Source: Malacoraja senta (lineage: Eukaryota). Taken from it: a stretch of 64,000 nucleotides of DNA. Both the position numbers and the translations under genes were made by a program. Where the stretch lies: contig CM075997.1 of assembly GCA_038087875.1 (NCBI GenBank), positions 5,396,001-5,460,000 on the forward strand, written 5' to 3'. The notes beneath the pieces were generated by a model that did no database searches, was not told the origin of the DNA, and saw only the letters and a list, made by a program, of their open reading frames with translations. Below, in pieces: positions 23,356 through 36,295 of the stretch. The number at the start of each line of letters is the position of its first letter. Position 1 is the first letter of the stretch.

Positions 23356-24277
23356 TGTTTATGACAGTTTGTAGTTTGAAGTTTCAAAATGCCAAAAAAA
23401 CGAATCTTCAGATTATTATTTGTGCGGCAATGTGATGATTGTTTGATCATCGACTTTTAATTGCAAATTATCCAGTATGTTTTCTGCATTACAAATATTA
23501 TTTAGTTAGTTGAATTTATTGTCACGTGTACCGAGGTACGGTGAAAAGCTTTTTGTTGTGTGCTATCCAGTCAGCGGAACGTCTATCCATGATTACAATC
23601 GAGCCGTTACAGTGTACAGATACATGATAGAGGGAATAACATTTAGTGCAAGGTAAAGCCAGTAAAGTCCGATCAAGGATAGTCCGAGGGTCACCACTGA
23701 GGTAGATTGTTGATGAGGACCATTCTCTGGTTGTGGTAGGATGGTTCAGTTGCCTGATATCAGCTAGGAAGTTGTACTTCATTGGTTGTACAATGCTTCG
23801 GGAGATCATTGATTCTTTTATTCATTCACAGGATATGGGTGACACTGATCTCTAACCAGTCTGAAGAATGGTCTTGACCCAAAACGTCACCCATTCCTTT
23901 TCTCCAGAGATGCTGCCTGTCCCACTGAGTCACTCCAGCTTTTTGTGTCTATCTTCTGACTAGACTAATAGACAATAGACAATAGACAATAGACAATATG
24001 TGCAGGAGTAGGCCATTCGGCCCTTCGAGCCGAATGGCCTACTCCTGCTCATGGCTGATCATCCCCAATCAGTACCCCGTTCCTGCCTTCTCCCCATATC
24101 CCCTGACTCCGCTATTTTTAAGAGCCCTATCTATCTCTCTCTTGAAAGCTAATATTGATAGCACATCTTCAACTATCCCTGGGCTCAGGGTATTTAGGGA
24201 TCAATCATTCGTTGTGTATTTGTGTATTCATATATGGGTCAGGTTAGGTAAGGAGGGGACATAGAACATAGGAAAGT

Positions 24278-24465
24278 ACACACAATGCTGGAGTAATTCA
24301 GTGGGACAGGCAGTATCTCTGGAGAGAAGGAATGGGTGACGTTTTCGGTCTCGACCCAAAATGCCACCCATTCCTTCTCTCCAGAGATACTGCCTGTTCC
24401 GCTGAGTTACTCCAGCTTTTTGTGCCTCTTCGGTTTAAACCGGCATCTGCAGTTTCTTCGTACAT
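24278..24465. mobile_element. Palindromic Penelope-derived element
   Basis: Inverted arms GCTGGAGTAA...GAATGGGTGACG / CACCCATTCC...TTACTCCAGC. Confidence 0.75.
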
Positions 24466-24625
24466 ATGGGAAAGTAGATCACAGGAACAGGCCCTTCGGC
24501 CCACAATGCCCGTGCTGAACATAATGCCAAGTTAAATTCATCTCCTCTCCCTTCACATGATCCACATCCCTCCATTCCCTGCATATCCGTGCGATTATCT
24601 AAAAGTTTTGTAAATACCACTATTA

Positions 24626-25135
24626 AGGGCCTGTCCCACTTGGGCGACCTAATCCGCGAGTTCTGGTGAGTTTGCCCTCGACTCATACTCGCAGCATGGT
24701 CGACACGAGGTCGTAGGAGGTCTTTGTAACTCTCCTTCATGCTCGAGAGTGGTCTCCGCGTACTCGAGGCCTCAGCTAGTTCGCGGCGTTTTTCTCAATA
24801 TGTTAAAAATTGCCCGCGAGTAAAAAATGGTCGCCATGGAAAAAATCGATACATTTTTTACTCGTAGGTTTAGTCGTAGTAGGTCGGCATGTTATTCGTA
24901 GTTAATCGAGGGTAGTCGTAGATAGTCTTCATCATAGTCGAAGGGAGGTCGAAGGAGATCGAAGGAGGTCGTCTTCACTCTCCACTATTCGGTGTCCAAT
25001 TTTCCCGAAGTTAGTTGTAGCTAGTCAAAGCTGATCTTCAACATAGTCGAAGGAAGTCGAAGGAGGTCTTCTACATGTCATTTTTTCAAACTCTTCTAAA
25101 CTCGCCAATTAGGTCGCCCAAGTGGGACAGCCCCT
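24626..25135. mobile_element. MITE, PIF/Harbinger-like
   Basis: TIRs AGGGCCTGTCCCACTTGGGCGACCTAAT / ATTAGGTCGCCCAAGTGGGACAGCCCCT; flanks TTA / TTC. Confidence 0.8.
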
Positions 25136-26053
25136 TTCGACTTCATTGTCTCAAAATTACTCATGAATAATTGTAATCACTTTGTGGTCACTGTTACTGA
25201 TAGTAGCTTTTCTATTCTAGATTTAATTTAATTACTTAGTCATAGTCATACAGCGTGGAAATAGGATTAAGCCATTCGGCCCATCTAGTCTACTCCATGG
25301 CTGATCTATCACTCCCTCCAAGCCCCATTTGCCTCTTCCCCTCATAACCTCTGACACCCGTATTAATCAAGAATCTATCTATCTCTGCCTTAAATATATC
25401 CACTGACTATACCTCCCCAAAGATTTGCCACTCTCTAATGATATTCCTCCTCATCTCCTTCCAGAAATAAATCCTTTAATTCTGAGGATATGACCTCTAG
25501 TCCAAGAATCACCCACTAGTAGAAACATCCTCTCCACCCACTTTATCCAAGCCTTTCACTATTCTGTACTTTTCAATGAGGTCCCCCCTCATTCTTCTAA
25601 ACTCCAGCGAGTACAGGCCCACTGCTGCTCATCATGTTTTAACTAGTCTACACTAGTCTACAATAGTCCCACCTGCCTGCGTTTGGTCCATATCCCCCCT
25701 AAACCTGTCCTCTCTATGTACCTGTCTAATTGCTTCTTAAATATTGCGATAGTCCCTGCCTCAACTACCTTCTCCGGCAGCTCGTTCCATATACTTTAGT
25801 TTAAGATCCCAAGCTGTAATAGTTGGCTTTCTCTCCAGGTCAATGTATGGCCTGCCTTGCCCCAGGCAATGTAAAACCTTCTTGCTGCAGAGGGAAGCAG
25901 TGTTTGTGGTCAAACAAGGCCGCAGCCTTGCCTCAGCACTTCCTCACTGCAACGTTGCATCTCACCTGCAACACACTTCCTGCTCGAGTGGAGTTCACGT
26001 CACAACTGTCGGGGAAAGCAACAGCAAGTTATTGGGACGGAAAGGTCTTTAAA

Positions 26054-26340
26054 AGGGCGGCACGGTGGTGCAGCGGTAGAGTTGCTGCCTCACAGCGCCG
26101 GAGACCCGGGTTCCATCCTGACTACGGGTGCTTGTCTGTGTGGAGTTTGTTCGTTCTTCCAGTAACCTGCGTGGGTTTTCTCCGGGTGCTCCGGTTTCCT
26201 CCCACATCCCAAAGACGTACATGTTTCGAGGTCTGTGAATTGTCCCTAGTGTGTAGGATAGTGCTAGTGAACAGGTGATCGCTGGTCAGCGCAGAATCGG
26301 TGGGCCGAACGCCTGTTGCTTTGCTGTATCTCTCAACTAC
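26054..26340 (+). mobile_element. V-SINE
   Basis: SINE consensus. Confidence 0.85.
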
Positions 26341-26460
26341 AGCAACAGCCAAGGTCACCTGGATGTTCGTTACCCTCCAGCGTGCAGGAGATGCTTGTGT
26401 TTGCACAGGTTGTTCCAAAACATTGGCGGCACCACCAGACTCTGGAACAGACTCTGTTTG

Positions 26461-26918
26461 ATTTAGTTCAGTTCAGTTTAGTTTAGCTTAGTTTAGTTTA
26501 GCTTAGTTAGAGATACAGCACGGAAACAGGCCCTTCGGCCCACTGAGTCCGCACCAACTAGCGATCCCCGCACATTAACACTATCCCACACACACTAGGG
26601 ACAATATACACATACACCAAGCCAATTAACCTACAAACCTGCATGTCTTTGGAGTGTGGGAGGAAACCGAAGATCGCGGAGAAAACCCACACAGGTCACA
26701 TTCACCCAGCCACGGCCGAGTCGGTCAAGGAATTGCCGTCGGGAACTTGTCCCATATTTTGACCCTTTGACGCTTATTTGGGACTGAGAAAGTTGGCAAC
26801 CCTAGGACACGGGGAGAACGTACAAACTCCATGCAGACAGCCCCCGTAGTCAGGATTGAACCCGGGTCTCTGGTGCTGATAGCATTGTAAGGCAGCAACT
26901 CTACCGCTGTGCCACCGT
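26461..26918 (-). mobile_element. V-SINE with a ~100-bp hAT-like terminal fragment inserted at ~26700-26803
   Basis: SINE consensus interrupted by a segment ending GTTGGCAACCCTA (reverse complement TAGGGTTGCCAAC, hAT-type TIR). Confidence 0.7.
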
Positions 26919-27724
26919 GACATTATCAGACTCCCTCCACAAGCTAGGGTACTGCCCCATCGCGTAACGGACATTAGTCGTTTCCCTCTAGAACTACCGG
27001 CTTGGTGTTTGTGTAAATTGTCCATAGTGGGTGCAGGATAGTGTTAGTGTGCGGGGGTCGCTGGTCGGTGCGGACTGGGTGGGCCGAAGGGCCTGTTTCT
27101 GTGCTGTACGTCTAAAACTAAAACTAATAACTAAAACTGTTACAGTACAATGCTGAGAAACTATATTCTGTGCTCTAATATTTTCTTCTTTCTGCTCTAC
27201 CTGTTTGTACTTGTGTTTGGCTTCATTGTCCATGTATTGTATTCTCTGGTTTGATTTAACACACAAACAAAAGCTCTTCACGTTATCTCCGTACAAATGA
27301 CAATAATAAACCCAAACCTTTACCTAGACATTGCTGTCCCATTTAGAGGATGCGACTCATGAGAGGATGCGACTCACATCAACATCTGCGGGACCAAGGT
27401 TGCTGGCCAATGTTATGGCAAGATAATGTTGTGTCAGTGCTATGATAATGTTATGAGTCAGTTGATATTTTTAAGGCAGAGATAGATAGCTTCTTGATTA
27501 GTACAAGTGTCAGGGGTTATGGGGAGAAGGCAGGAGAATGGGGTTAGGAGGGAAGATTGATCCACCATGATTGAATGGCGGAGTAGACTTGATGGGCCGA
27601 TTTGCCTAATTCTACTCCTATCACTTATGACCTTATGAGATATATAGCATGGAAACTGACCCGTTAAAGATAACGGAATAAAGATTCATAGCAAGAGCCT
27701 GGAAAATGTGGTTGACTTCCGATT

Positions 27725-27942
27725 TGTAGGAAAGAACTGCTGGTTTAAATCGAAGGTAGACACTAAATGCTGGAGTAATTCAGCAGGACAGGCAGCATCT
27801 CTGGAGAGAAGGAATGGGTGACGTTTTGGGTCGAGACCTTCCTTCAGTCTGAAGAAGGGTCTCAACCCAAGACGTCACCCATTCATTTTCTCCAGAAATG
27901 CTGTCTGACCCACTGAGTTACTCCAGCTTTTTATGTCTGTCT
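27725..27942. mobile_element. Palindromic Penelope-derived element
   Basis: Inverted arms around TTCAGTCTGAAGAAGGGTCTC. Confidence 0.75.
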
Positions 27943-28198
27943 TAATTTAATGTAGTTTAGTTTAGTTTAGTTTAGTTTAGTTTAGTGTCTTGTCACCTGT
28001 CAAGGTACCGTTGAAGAAATTTTGTTGCATGCTAGCCAGTCAGTGGAAAGACTATATAAGATTACAATCGAGCAGTCCACAGTGTACAATGGTGAAGGCA
28101 GCATCAATGATGGGCATTGTAGAGTCATGAATAACGGAAGTAGGAGTGGAACGTATGGTCTCATCCCTATGCTCTGCCTGATGCACTCCCATTTCTAC

Positions 28199-28789
28199 CA
28201 AATATCCTATAGCAAGCAAGATAGTCCACTCGACGAAAAAGACGTAGTAGGGTCATGGGCAGATTCATGGGGAATCTTTGGCCCCATTTCCGTAACAGGC
28301 TTCCGTTTCCGCACTCCGATCCAAAGATCCTATAGCAACTGGAATCTCCATATTGCTATTATTTTACCAAATACTGCAGTTTTGAACAGTGTGATCAAAT
28401 GAATTACAGAGTACAAGTGTAATACAAACTTCAACTCAAACACAGCACATAAGACATTTAAAAAGAAATTAAAAAAATACTTTAAAAAAGGAAAATTAAA
28501 AAAAAACATTAAAAAAGGAAAATTAATAGAATTATAATTTATTGACATATTAATCATTAACAAAAAATAGCAGAATTATGAATTAACAGAATTATGAATC
28601 ATGAATCTAACACTATATCACACACAAAAACTGTCCCCCCGCAACGCTGATTACACTGCAAGAGGGATTTACAAAGTCGGGTCGGGTCGGGTTTACTGAA
28701 ATGGCCGATGAAAAGGCTCCGTCGCGTACTACACGTCAGCCCATTGGTTTTAGCAGGAGTGCACTATCTTGCTTGCTATAGGATCTTAG
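28199..28789. mobile_element. hAT-type non-autonomous DNA transposon
   Basis: 8-bp TSD ATTTCTAC (28191-28198 and 28790-28797); TIRs CAAATATCCTATAGCAAGCAAGATAGT / ACTATCTTGCTTGCTATAGGATCTTAG. Confidence 0.85.
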
Positions 28790-29059
28790 ATTTCTACCAC
28801 TATCCCGTCCCTCGTCTCCACTTCTCCTTGCCCCTCCTCCTGGCCTCACATTTCACACCTCTTCTCTTCTTATCTCACAGCCTTTTGTCTCCTTTTCACT
28901 TCTGGTCTGTCCACCCTTCTGCAAATCAACCCCCCATCACCAGTATCCACCTATCACTGGCCAAGCTTTGTTCCTCCTCCCCCCCCCAACCACCCAACCA
29001 CCTTCCTTTCACAGCCTCCCCCAATAAAATCAGTCGCTCCCTAAACGTCGCCTGTCCGT

Positions 29060-29411
29060 GTTTCGAATGGGTCGACTGGGCTTGTATTCACTGGAATTTG
29101 GAAGAATGAGAGGTGATCTTATCGAAACATATACAATTCTTAAGGGATTGGACAGGCTTGATGGAGGGAAAATGTTCCAGATGTGGGGGGAGTCCAGAAC
29201 CAGGGGTCACAGTTTAAGAATAAGGGGCAGGCCATTTAGGACGGAGATGAGGAAAAACTTTTTCACCCAGAGAGTTGTGAATCTGTGGCAGTGGAGGCCA
29301 ATTCAATGGATGTTTTCATGAGAGAGTTAGATTTAGCTCTTAGGGCTAATGGAATCAAGGCATATGGGGAGAAAGCAGGGATGGGGTACTGATTTTGAAT
29401 GATCAACCATG
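29060..29411 (+). mobile_element. CR1 3' fragment split by the DIRS insertion (tail resumes ~34238-34310)
   Basis: LGLYSLEFGRMRGDLIETY; UTR ...CCATG|ATT|ATATTAAATGGCGGTGCTG is contiguous once the DIRS is removed. Confidence 0.85.
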
Positions 29412-29854
29412 ATTTTACTTCGGAGTCACGTGAGTGACTACGTGAAGACCTCGCCAGCACGCATGCGTGTCATATCGTCTATCGCATTGTGTACGACTGG
29501 CGGGGGGGCATGATGCTCCTGCCAGCGGTCAGACCTGAAGGTAGGTTTTTTAAACTTTTTCCAGGTTATGTCTTCTTGCAGGAACCTCTACTTAGAGGTC
29601 CTGCTAAAGTCTGGGGCGAAGTCCGGATGGAGGGGGGAACCCCAGTCACGGACTACAGGGAATCCCGGTCACGACCTCGGGGAATCCTGCCCACGGACCA
29701 AGGGAACCCACTCGGAAGACCGCGGAATGCGGGTAGCGGGCGGCGGTGAATTCGCCTTTCGAGCCGCTGGTGGTGGAGCCAGTGGCTTCATACTGGTGCC
29801 AGTGGCACCTGGACAAACACAGCGGGGATACCCCCCGACTATGTATATCACGGC

Positions 29855-30185
29855 TATCCCTTTTATAGGGACCGCGGGGATATCCCGGCTGCCGTTACTG
29901 CGGGGATACCCAGCTCGGGGGGGGGGAGGGGGAAGCCCCGACTGTAAACATCGCGGAGAAGCCCTTCTATAAGGGACCGCGGAGGAAATCCCGGCTATAG
30001 CTACAACTGGAATACCAAGCTCGGGGAGAAAAACCCGACAATGAACGCCGCGGAGAAGCCCTTCTACAAGGACCGCGAGGGAATCCCGGCTGCAACGACT
30101 ACGGGAATACCAAGCTCGGGGGAGAAAACTCGACTATGAATATCGCGGGGAAGCCCTCTACAGGGACCATGAGATCAAGCTCGGA
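29855..30185 (+). repeat. GC-rich ~80-100-bp minisatellite inside DIRS 5' region
   Basis: ATCCCGGCT...ATACCAAGCTCGGGG...CGCGGAGAAGCCCTTCTA unit in 3-4 imperfect copies. Confidence 0.8.
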
Positions 30186-32225
30186 GGGGGGGGGGGGGGG
30201 GAGGAGCGTTGCCCCTGCAGCGGAAGGTTTAAAACAGGACCTGCAGGTACATTCTTTACTCTAGGGTCGTTTTGTTCTATTTTCTGTGAGAATTGTGTTA
30301 CAGGAAAGGAACCATGGACTGACTGCGGAGGACTGCGGAAGTGCGGGCAGTCAGCAGCGGTCGGCTGCACCTGGATCGCTATTCGATCAGCAGTCTCCGA
30401 CCTGGCACCTGCACAGTCCGAATCGACACCACAGACTGGCGGACACCACAGGCCAAGCAGAAGTCGGACAGGAGACTCACCGCCGGCGGGCAGCGACTGT
30501 GATCGCATATCCCGCATGGAGCGGTTGATGGAGCAGATGCTTCAACGTGACATGCTCCGGTATATGGAGTCTAGTCACCATGGGGTCCTAGGACGCCATA
30601 GCATAATCCATCTCCCTCGACAGAGGGGAGCATTAGGAGTCACTTCTGGGCTGACTCTGAAGACAGGTTTGGCTGAAGATACCACAAGTGTGCTGGGGGT
30701 GCAGGAACAACACAACCAGCAGCAGGAGCAGGCTGTGAATGACAACTACCAAAGCACCAGGGAACTGTGTTTCTCTCAGTGTCCCTGCAGTGAACAGCTA
30801 TCTGGGGACCCCAAATTTACAGGACTGTGTAAGACCAGTAACACACAACCACTGGTACTGCCATTTGGGGGCAACCTGTTGAAACAGGTCAAGAAGCTCG
30901 ACGAGGGCCGTCGGGCTCATGAAGGCCACATCATCAGGCAAGACCTCACATCTCCGGCGGCAGCACCCCTACGCACCCACCATCAAACCACGATACACTG
31001 AAGCTGGTGAAAGCTTGAAGGCCGTACAACCAGGACAAAGGATTTTTTTTCAGGCCACGGCCTTCCTGGAAGATACGCCAACCCCGTACTCGAGCTCCTC
31101 TACCTCCCAGGAGCAAAAATCAAGCACACATGGTTGAGGCAGCTCCTGGGTCGGGTTGCATAAGTCCTCCCATTCGGATGTGGAAGGATGAAGCTGATTG
31201 AGGCAACTCCTGGAAGTTCCCCATCTGGTGGTGTGAAGGTATGGAGCCACATCGATGATGCCTCCTGTCACGGATACAAGTTGGTAATATTTACACTGGT
31301 TTGAATATTTACACTGGTTTGGGATAACATGAGATTAGTTTATACTGCACAGCAGGTATGGTTGGAGTTTCCTTTCAAGGCAGGCTCGCAATTATGGGAG
31401 ATGTGGACTGTTCATTGTCAACAGGTTCAACCCGCATGTGCAGTATAGACATTTCTGAATAACTTCCATGTGATCATTTCCGCTCACAGGCTTCGGAGAT
31501 ATTTGAAATTTAGTTGGATGAGGCAAGGATACACTCAGAAGCATTGCAAAATGGGCTAACCAGCTCCCAGGTTATTTCCCAAATCACTACAATCAGTGCC
31601 TCGACTGCACAGAGCTAACAAACAAGTGTTATGGCCAAATCTGGATGATATTGAACATACTGTATTTTGCTAAATTAGCCTTATCAGCCACACAGCTATA
31701 TTTGAGAAATTGGGTTTCTCAACCGTCCAGTTAAATTTAAGTTAAGTTGATACCAACTGAAACTATTGATTATTGGGATACAATTAATCCATTCATTTGT
31801 CTGGGACTCTGCTCTGAGACACACGATTAGACCTCTGCTATTCCCAGCTGAAACTATCAAAGTCACAATGGTGGACGAACAGTATTCAGCGTTGCTCCAC
31901 TAAACCTTTCATCCGTAAATCTTCAGTCAATTCCAAACTGATGCTATTACTCAAAGATGGAAAATTACTAATACCATCTCTAGGTACGGAGGCAGATGGG
32001 ATTAGCATGAGTTATCAATTGTTCAGTTATGGTATCAACTGCCAATGGACACCAGGTGCATTCTGTGCATTAAAGGGTGTGTGAATATGCATAATCTACA
32101 TCCCCAAGTCCAAGGTGATACACTTTGGTGGTGATATATGTTAATCACAAGGCTGCAATCAAATCAAAGTATCCGGTGATAGTTTACCTAACCGCATTTA
32201 GCACTGATGTGTTATCATGTCAAAT

Positions 32226-32423
32226 CAAAGGCTTGGCCAGCCTTCACAAATGGGGCAGCAGCCCAACCCCATGGTGTGCTTGTGGAGAGCAGCAAACAGT
32301 GCAACACATCATTGAAGCATGCCCTTAAAAAAGACTTAAAGGAGGACTTGTCACCCTTCATACAGCAGATCAAGAGGCAACTGCTTGGCTAAAGGACTTT
32401 GCATTCGCTAAATAAAATAAAAT
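32226..32423 (+). mobile_element. Vingi/Ingi-type LINE 3' fragment nested in the DIRS
   Basis: LHKWGSSPTPWCACGEQQTVQHIIEACP...EATAWL; ends CATTCGCTAAATAAAATAAAAT. Confidence 0.75.
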
Positions 32424-34587
32424 GACAACACAGAATGGATGTGGGATCACAAAGTATTTAATGACATTGTGGCTCGAAGGAACACTAACGATCGAGATGT
32501 TTGCATCCAGACTCAATCACCAGTTGCAGAAAATACGAGGCATATCAATGGGATGGGTGCATTCTCGCTACATTAGGGAGGAATGTTCTTTTATGTCTTC
32601 CTCCATTTGGCCTCTTGCAAAATTCAGCAAGTTTCCCGTTTCCGGCATTTTTGTAGTGCCTGCCTGGTTTATATACCCATGGTTCCTGCTGATGTGGGGA
32701 ATGATCATAAAACCTTACATGGTTATTTCTGGACACAAAAAATTGCTGGTTCAGCTGTGATGTGGAAACCATCCTCTGCATGATATAATCAATTCATTGA
32801 CTTGCAGACTCTGAGAGACCGTTCCTGCGGCTCGGGTTGTTAAACCAAAAGCCTGGACGTGCTCACTACAGTATGCAGGGATAGCACCAAATAGCAGCAT
32901 TCCTCATTAGGAGATGGGAGGTATTGTTTATGCTTATTTACATTTAACTCGGCACGGATGACTGCCTTGAAATTCAGTTTATATGGCATTTTATAGCATT
33001 AAGTTAAAGTTCCATTTACTGTGCCTGAAGTACGTCCTCATCATTTGGCTGCGGGGAACAGAAACCACTCTGTCGGGTCTCACCCTCTGACATCTAGATT
33101 ATGAAGGTTATCGTCAACTTAAAACCTCCCAGGCCTAGGGACGCAGAGATATGGGTTGTTAACATTGTGCTACATCATTTCGCCGATGGGCTCCAACAAC
33201 ATCCCTGTCTTTGGTCAAACTCACTTACTAGTGGTTATGCCATGGCACTGAGTACAGCGCAACGGGTCCAGTCATTGCTACACTGGATAGGATGATCATA
33301 TCTGCGGGCGATAATAACATGTTATGTTTATGATTAAGTCAAGCAGAGTAGACAGGGACATAGACCAAACTAGATGTTGCATATCCCATGGACCTTGGGT
33401 TGTGTGTGATCACGCATCTACACCAGTATGTCAAGGTTCCTTAGAGCCTTATAGACTCTGACTAGCAATATTGTTAGTTACATAAAACCTCGTTAGAAGG
33501 TATCACTACAGACCTTCTCCAGGGGGTTAAATGGGTCTGGCTTATACAGGAGTGAACATTGACATTTTGAGTCTCACTCCACCAGGACCGCAACACCTCA
33601 GCAGCAGGGTTATGTACCACATCCTAGCGGCTGCAGGATGGTCAAACCAACTATCTGTCCAAATATTCAGAATAAACCCATTGCCAGATCGGGGGTATTT
33701 GCCAACTCTATGTCAGGTCTGTTTCATAACTTCCTCCCGGTTGAGGGAGGTTACTATTGCCACTATTGTTCATTAATAGCATCAACATGTCTATATCTAT
33801 GTCATGTCTGAATGAATTATTAATGTTCACTCATCATTGGCCTACTGATGCAGTGTATGACGCCTGGACTCGTTTCCACGGCATGAAATCACAGAGCTTT
33901 AAAATCTTCACGTAGTCACTCACGTGACTCCGAAGTAAAATAGTAAGATTAAACGAGAACTTACCAGTTTGAAGTTTGATCTTTATTTTATGAGGAGTTA
34001 CGTTGAGGGATTACGTGCCCTCCACGCTCACCCTCTATAATAAAGGTCAACTGGTATTCTAGTTTCTCTTATCTTACTATGTTTAGTTCAATAACTGTTG
34101 TCTGTGATTTCACACCGCTGCTTTGAAGATTGACACGCATGCGGGCTGGCGGGGTCTTCACGTAATCCCTCAACGTAACTCCTCATAAAATAAAGATCAA
34201 ACTTCAAACTGGTAAGTTCTCGTTTAATCTTACCATTATATTAAATGGCGGTGCTGACTCGAAGGGCCGAAGGGCCGAATGGCCTACTCCTGCACTATTT
34301 TCTAAGTTTCTCTGTTTCTCCAGAGATGCTTCCTAACCTGCTGAGTCACTTTGTGCTTTTTGTTGAAGATTCCAGTTCCTAGTGTCGACACGGTCCCATT
34401 ATCCTGCTTTACCCTTCGATGGGAATATGATCACTCCTGCGTCTCCACTATTTAACTACCTAATCCCTATTTCCCCTCCAGTGTCCAAACTCTATTTAGG
34501 TTTAGGTTTCGATTTATTATTGTCACGTGCACCAAGATACAGCCAAACTCTTTGTTTTGCATGCTATCCAATCAAATTAGATAATAC

Positions 34588-34788
34588 AAAAAGCTGGAGT
34601 AACTCAGCGGGACAGGCAGCATCTCTGGAGAGAAGGAATGGGTGACGTTTCGGGTCCGGACCCTTCTTCAGACTCAACCCGACCGTCACCCATTCCTTCT
34701 CTCCTAAGATGCTGCCTGTCCCGCGAGGTTACTCCAGCTTTTTGTGTCTATCTTCCCTTTAAACCAGCCTCTGCAATACCTTCTTACT
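34588..34788. mobile_element. Palindromic Penelope-derived element with TSD
   Basis: 13-bp direct repeat AATTAGATAATAC at 34575 and 34789; inverted arms. Confidence 0.8.
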
Positions 34789-34802
34789 AATTAGATAATA
34801 CT

Positions 34803-35109
34803 TTTGTTTGGTTTAGTTTAGAGATACAGCGTGGAAACTGGCCCTTCAGCCCACCGAGTCCGCTCCAATCAGCGATCCCCGCACCATCTCACACACTAGG
34901 GACAATTTACAATTTTTTTAACTGAAGCCAATTAACCTACAAACCTGTACATCTTAAGAGTGTGGGAGGAAACCTGTGTACCTGGAGAAAACCCACACGG
35001 TCACGGTGAGAACGTACAAACTCTGTATAGACTGTACCCGTAGTCAGGATCGAACCCGGTTCTCTGGCGTTGTAAGGCAGCAACTCTACTGCTGTGCCAC
35101 TGTGCCACC
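34803..35109 (-). mobile_element. V-SINE
   Basis: Reverse-complement SINE consensus. Confidence 0.85.
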
Positions 35110-35976
35110 CTATACGTCATTACAATCAAGGCAAACTCAAGTACAATAGGTAGAGCAAAAGATACAGAGTGCAGGATATAGTTCTCAGCATTGTAGTGTA
35201 ACTTTGATCCAAACCTGGAACACATTAAGATAGAGAATGACAAACATTTATAACCCTCTCAGCATAGATGTTCTCAAGCAATGCACTAAATATCAGGACC
35301 CTTCTCCAGACTCACTCCTGTTGGAGAGAGGAGGAGAACTTCTTCACTGTGGAAACACAGAACTGCAGATACCGGTTACTACACAAAAGGACACAAAGTG
35401 CTGGAGTAACTCAGCAGGCCAGGCAGCATCTCTGGAGAATGTCTGAAGGGCAACTCTGCAGGGACTATTGCAATGTTGAAGAAATAGTTGGACAGGTACA
35501 TGGATAGGACAGGTTTAGAGGGATATGGGCCAAACGCAGGCAGGTGGGACTAGTGGAGATGGGACATGTTGGCCGGTGTGGGCAAGTTGGGGTGAAGGGC
35601 CTGTTTCCATGATATGATATTGTGATTATAACACGGATAGGTGGCGTTTCAGGTCAAATCTTCATGCTGATTAAGAGGGGGGGAGAAGAAAGCTGAAAAA
35701 GAGGAGAGGCAGGACAGATTTTGGCAGGTAATAGTTGGGGGGCGTAGAAAAGCAGACAGTTGGAACAAAGGCCAGAGATAAGAGCAGAAGGTATGAGACA
35801 GGTTTAAAGAGCTGCAGATTGTAGTCTTGAGAGATAGTTCTCATGTTGGTTGTAACTGACTGACTCCACATCCAATGGCTTTGACACCCACTGAGCAAGG
35901 CATGGTATTTTCACCCTTAATGACAGTCAGTCCATGAATTTGTTGGAATAACAAATAAATTCCCTTCTCTCACCGT

Positions 35977-36295
35977 GGGCGGCATGGTGGCGCAGCGGTA
36001 GAGTTGCTGCCTTACAGTGCTTGCAGCACCGGAGACCCGGGTTCGATCCTGACTACGGGTGCTGTTGTATGTTCTCCCCGTGACCTGCGTGGGTTTTCTC
36101 CGAGATCTTCGGTTTCCTTCCACACTCCAAAGATGTACAGGTTTGTGGGTAAATTGGCTTGGTAAATGTAAAAATTGTCCCTTGCGTGTGTGTGTGTGTA
36201 GGATAGTGTTAATGTGCGGGGATCGCTGGTCAGCGTGGACCCGGTAGGCCGGAGGGCCTGTTTCCGTGCTGTATCTCTAAACCAAACTAAACTAA
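35977..36295 (+). mobile_element. V-SINE
   Basis: SINE consensus. Confidence 0.85.

Larger units (their letters stand above)
29412..34237 (+). mobile_element. DIRS-type tyrosine-recombinase retrotransposon, full-length structure, ORFs decayed
   Basis: Inverted terminal repeats, internal complementary region 33905-34017, ATT at both ends; remnants of RT (NGLTS ~31550, LDDI ~31641), RNase H (TDA ~31938), methyltransferase-like (MFASRLN ~32497) and YR (LSTAQRVQ ~33250, HSTR 33575, AAGWS ~33630). Confidence 0.9.

Noticed and set aside
29855..30185. CRISPR-like repeat array
   Set aside because: Whole units repeat with no unique spacers; eukaryotic transposon context
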